The notes beneath the pieces were generated by a model. That model was given only the letters and a program-made list of their open reading frames with translations. It was not told where the DNA came from and did not search any database. A stretch of DNA of 64,000 bases from contig CAWBHS010000060.1 in assembly GCA_963788655.1 (NCBI GenBank), positions 32,001 to 96,000 of the forward strand. Direction: 5' to 3'. The stretch's first letter is position 1, and each line of letters opens with the position of its first letter. Position numbers and translations under genes: made by a program. Of the stretch, positions 61,901 to 64,000 are shown piece by piece. Origin of the DNA: an uncultured Verrucomicrobiae bacterium (GTDB lineage Bacteria > Verrucomicrobiota > Verrucomicrobiia > Limisphaerales > JAFGQR01).

Positions 61901-64000
61901 GTCCGCCGGCGTCATCGGGAAACCATTCATCGATCATATCGCCATTGGGCTGTTGCGAATCTTCGAAGATGAAGTTGCCCTCCCGTTCGTAGGCGGTGCT
62001 GCGTTGGCTGCCATTTAGAAAGAAGTGGATGTAACGGCGATGGTTATTGGGCAGGCCCATGGCCTCGAAGATTTTATAGACCGTTTGCTCGGACACGGCA
62101 CTGAGATCGCTGACGGTAAGCACATTGGGATTGCCGGGATTGTTTAGCACGAAATCCGTCGCGCCGAGCAACGGATCGTCATCGGGAAAATTCATTTCGT
62201 AATCCACGCGGTTGGGACCGGCCGGCCCGGTGGTGGAATTCGTGCGGTGCCAGGGACTGCCCGAATAGAGCGGCAGCGCGTCGTAAATGATGCGCGAATT
62301 GTTGTACACGAACGTGCCGTCCATTTCGAGGTTGTTCATGGCGTCGCGGGTGGCCCAGCGGTTCGAGTTCACTGAGGTCAGCCAAAGATGATACGTGGCA
62401 AAGTCGCCGGGCATCTGCACTTCGCCCCAGCGCACCACACACTCGCGAGCCACGGCATCATTCGGCCAGCAACGAGTAAAGCCGGCTTCTGGAAAGACCT
62501 GTTTCGGGAACGTGCCCGTGGCGTTCTGCCCGTCGCGGGCTTCGACGTAAAAAGCGACGATGACGCTGTCTTCCTGGGGTGGGATGGTGGCGGTGTAAAT
62601 GCCGTCGTTCGCCACGGCGTCACTGCCGCTACCGTCATCTACCATCGTGACATCGGTATAGGTCGGCGTGGGATCCACACGATAATGCAGCGTCATTCCT
62701 CCCAATCCTTGCGGGTCGAACGCCCGGGCGGTGACTACCACCGGGTCATTGGCCGCCGGCAGCGGTGGCGAGTGTTTCACGTCATAAACCGCCGGGCCGA
62801 TGTTGGCCTTAAAGCGACTGTTCTGCATGCCCGGCGTGCCCAGCAAACGCGGGACGGCCATGCGCCCGTAAGCCTCAGTAGCGCTGCCGTGCAGGCGCAG
62901 CAACAATTCCGGATGCCCGCGCAACCACTTGGCTTTGACCCGCAGCGAAACAATACTGGCATTGGTCGGCACTGGCGTCGTCAACGGCGGCGACAGAATA
63001 CGGTTGGATTGATTGTCGCCGCGGGAACCGGCGCGAACATGAAGGCTTTGACTTCCGGCAAATCCCACATTCTCGATGGTTGAAAAATCATGCGAACCTT
63101 GGAGCACCCAGCCGCTCAGACCGGACTCAAAGCCGCCGTTGGGCACCAGGTTCGGCCCGTTGTCGGCGCGCACTTCGACTTCGTCCACCAGGCATTCGCC
63201 AATGCCTTCCATGATGATATTCAACCGGTCGTTGATCGGGGAACCAAGCGTTACGCCGGGCGGCACATTCATTTCGATGGAAGTCCATTGGCTCTCACCC
63301 GTGTCGTTGCTGTCCGCCCAGTTGGACGGCAGATGCGGATCGGCTTCCACGTCGATCAGTTCGAGGCTGCTCCCCTGCCCGTCGCTCCAGGAGGTCCATT
63401 TGCCACCGTCGAAGTAGTTCACATCACTGACCGGAACGTTCAGTCTGACGTCCTCCGATACGCCTCCGTTGCTCACCCGGTCATAATCGGCGGCCGCGAG
63501 CGTGACCCGTTCTCCACCGTTGGCCAGTGCGCCGCCGTAAGGCCCAAAGGTGTTATTGGTGGTCAGGTTGGGATAAATGGTCATCAAGTGATCCGGATTT
63601 TTGGCCACCACCCAGTAAGCGCCCGCCGGCATGCTCATAGTGATGGCGTTGGTCGGAAAGAGGTAGCTGATGCCGATGATGAATTCCCACCCGCTAAGAT
63701 CGACCGCCTGGCTGCCACGATTGTGGATTTCGATGTATTCGTCGTCGCTGCTGCCCGACGGCGGGTTGTACATGATTTCGCTGATGACGACCGGGTACCG
63801 CATGGGCGCGGCGTTGGGTGCGTTGCGCGTCGGATGATTCAGGCCGTACGTAATGGGGCCGCCGTCGGGAAAACGGCCACTGGTGATGTTGTTCGAGGCG
63901 CCCCGAAAATCAATGACATCGATAACGCGCGTCCGGTCGGTGCTCCAGAAATAGACCGTCTCCCCCCCGGCAAACAATTGGAAGCCGAGCTGGTTTTGGT
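58998..64000 (-). CDS. Giant lamin-tail-domain / CotH kinase protein (5' end beyond right edge; >1660 aa)
   Basis: Frame open to the window end; LTD repeats (ISEIMYN, ISELMFA, LNEVET, INEWMAS), CBM-like NGGFESG module, CotH core (GQLFKVEDWFEF, WMRFFAIERAVGNFDSFG, AWDID), Ig/cadherin-like domain, C-terminal RFYRV. Confidence 0.87.
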   Translation of the reverse strand, partial: QNQLGFQLFAGGETVYFWSTDRTRVIDVIDFRGASNNITSGRFPDGGPITYGLNHPTRNAPNAAPMRYPVVISEIMYNPPSGSSDDEYIEIHNRGSQAVDLSGWEFIIGISYLFPTNAITMSMPAGAYWVVAKNPDHLMTIYPNLTTNNTFGPYGGALANGGERVTLAAADYDRVSNGGVSEDVRLNVPVSDVNYFDGGKWTSWSDGQGSSLELIDVEADPHLPSNWADSNDTGESQWTSIEMNVPPGVTLGSPINDRLNIIMEGIGECLVDEVEVRADNGPNLVPNGGFESGLSGWVLQGSHDFSTIENVGFAGSQSLHVRAGSRGDNQSNRILSPPLTTPVPTNASIVSLRVKAKWLRGHPELLLRLHGSATEAYGRMAVPRLLGTPGMQNSRFKANIGPAVYDVKHSPPLPAANDPVVVTARAFDPQGLGGMTLHYRVDPTPTYTDVTMVDDGSGSDAVANDGIYTATIPPQEDSVIVAFYVEARDGQNATGTFPKQVFPEAGFTRCWPNDAVARECVVRWGEVQMPGDFATYHLWLTSVNSNRWATRDAMNNLEMDGTFVYNNSRIIYDALPLYSGSPWHRTNSTTGPAGPNRVDYEMNFPDDDPLLGATDFVLNNPGNPNVLTVSDLSAVSEQTVYKIFEAMGLPNNHRRYIHFFLNGSQRSTAYEREGNFIFEDSQQPNGDMIDEWFPDDAGGQLFKVEDWFEFENDGFNFEAYHDADLARRTIMVDGQPTFVPAPYRFMFRKRSIGVGNSADEYSVIYALINAVSPADNPDSPTVDPDLVSTAVDWEAWMRFFAIERAVGNFDSFGWERGKNDYLYHTANGFVNMAWDIDYGLGLGRPVDAPLFASNEPRVAAMFNTPAIARAYWRAFADLVAGPFSNEYLDPFIDERAAALTNSNVNIDLDAVAAIKTYIADRRAFLEEQLATVQAPFAVDGPASFSTDDNLLILTGTAPVEVKDITLNGVVYPITWTSVSNFLLRVVVDQAVTTLDLAGVDRFGNPLESASQQLTVNYTGPVIDPVGALVISELMFAPDMSGGQFLEIQNRSEFNFDLSGWRVDGVNLTFSPGSIVTNGQTIVLAQNKATFVAAYGSVPVFATFGGSLAADGEAVALIRPGPMGEEMINGVHYEAQPPWPIGMTGESLQLVDVDRDNRRPSNWAFDSIGLATPGAPNSVAAGLPAYDPVWLNEVETDNLIGLVDNVGEYGPWLELYNAGSNSVSLDGYYLADNYTNDLLQWQFPPGIELAPGEFKVIWADGQPEQTTITDLHTDFRLDYDGKLALVRLVGGEPQVTDCLTWITPGANASYGDVPDGQSVYRFRLHKPTPLANNEKTVPPVFINEWMASNVAAVQDPSDHNYDDWFELYNAGPEAVDLGGYYLSDDALGQTKYAIPDNGRYVIPAGGFLLVWADNDENQNGGNVADLHVNFKLAADAGIIQLTAPDGTNLLDYIAYGQQLTDVSEGAYSDGARAYYVMDHPTPTARNTVAGVNTPPMFPPLARQYLAPGERVTLLVRASDPEILDQTLTYSFEPARDGAAINQSGLFRWIVPTNQAPGDYVFILRATDDGVPPRTGTGLLDFTIVSGSSGVPNGTPPPVIQSIFKTGGQATFTIQTVPGHTYRVQYADDLEAPNWLQLDRDFVAANPIASLTDGMFMAERFYRVELVY

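Overview
GC-rich bacterial chromosome segment. Gene families and repeat types point to Verrucomicrobiota (inference). The centre (24.3-40.9 kb, minus strand) is one tightly packed type II secretion operon: a small exported helical protein, gspE-F-G-H-I-J-K-L-M-C-like genes, a secretin split into two separately signal-peptided genes, then a sensor kinase and a sigma-54 activator. It is preceded by a well-spaced sigma-54 -24/-12 promoter and a tandem TGCGCA-N5-TGCGCA enhancer-like site. Three CotH-kinase-family exported proteins occur in the window: one at the left edge, missed by the ORF track, and two giant lamin-tail/CotH proteins that share a C-terminal '...RFYR(L/V)' domain. Also present: a ModA-like lipoprotein, CPBP protease, SDR, an (alpha/alpha)6 glycosidase-like protein, a POT transporter, a pRiA4b-ORF3 protein, a partial ebo cluster (eboD-eboF), a truncated ECF sigma factor, a PmtA-like methyltransferase, a ferredoxin, degQ with a CusRS-like two-component pair, lepA-lepB, cvpA-dnaG-tgt, a DUF6799-like protein and a Ser/Thr kinase-WD40 protein. 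At least four REP-like repeat families are scattered between genes, and one sits in frame inside a pseudopilin leader. Many single-base frameshifts, including in lepA and lepB, most likely reflect sequencing/assembly indels. No rRNA, tRNA, CRISPR array or transposase was recognised. All calls come from reading the sequence; no database searches were run.
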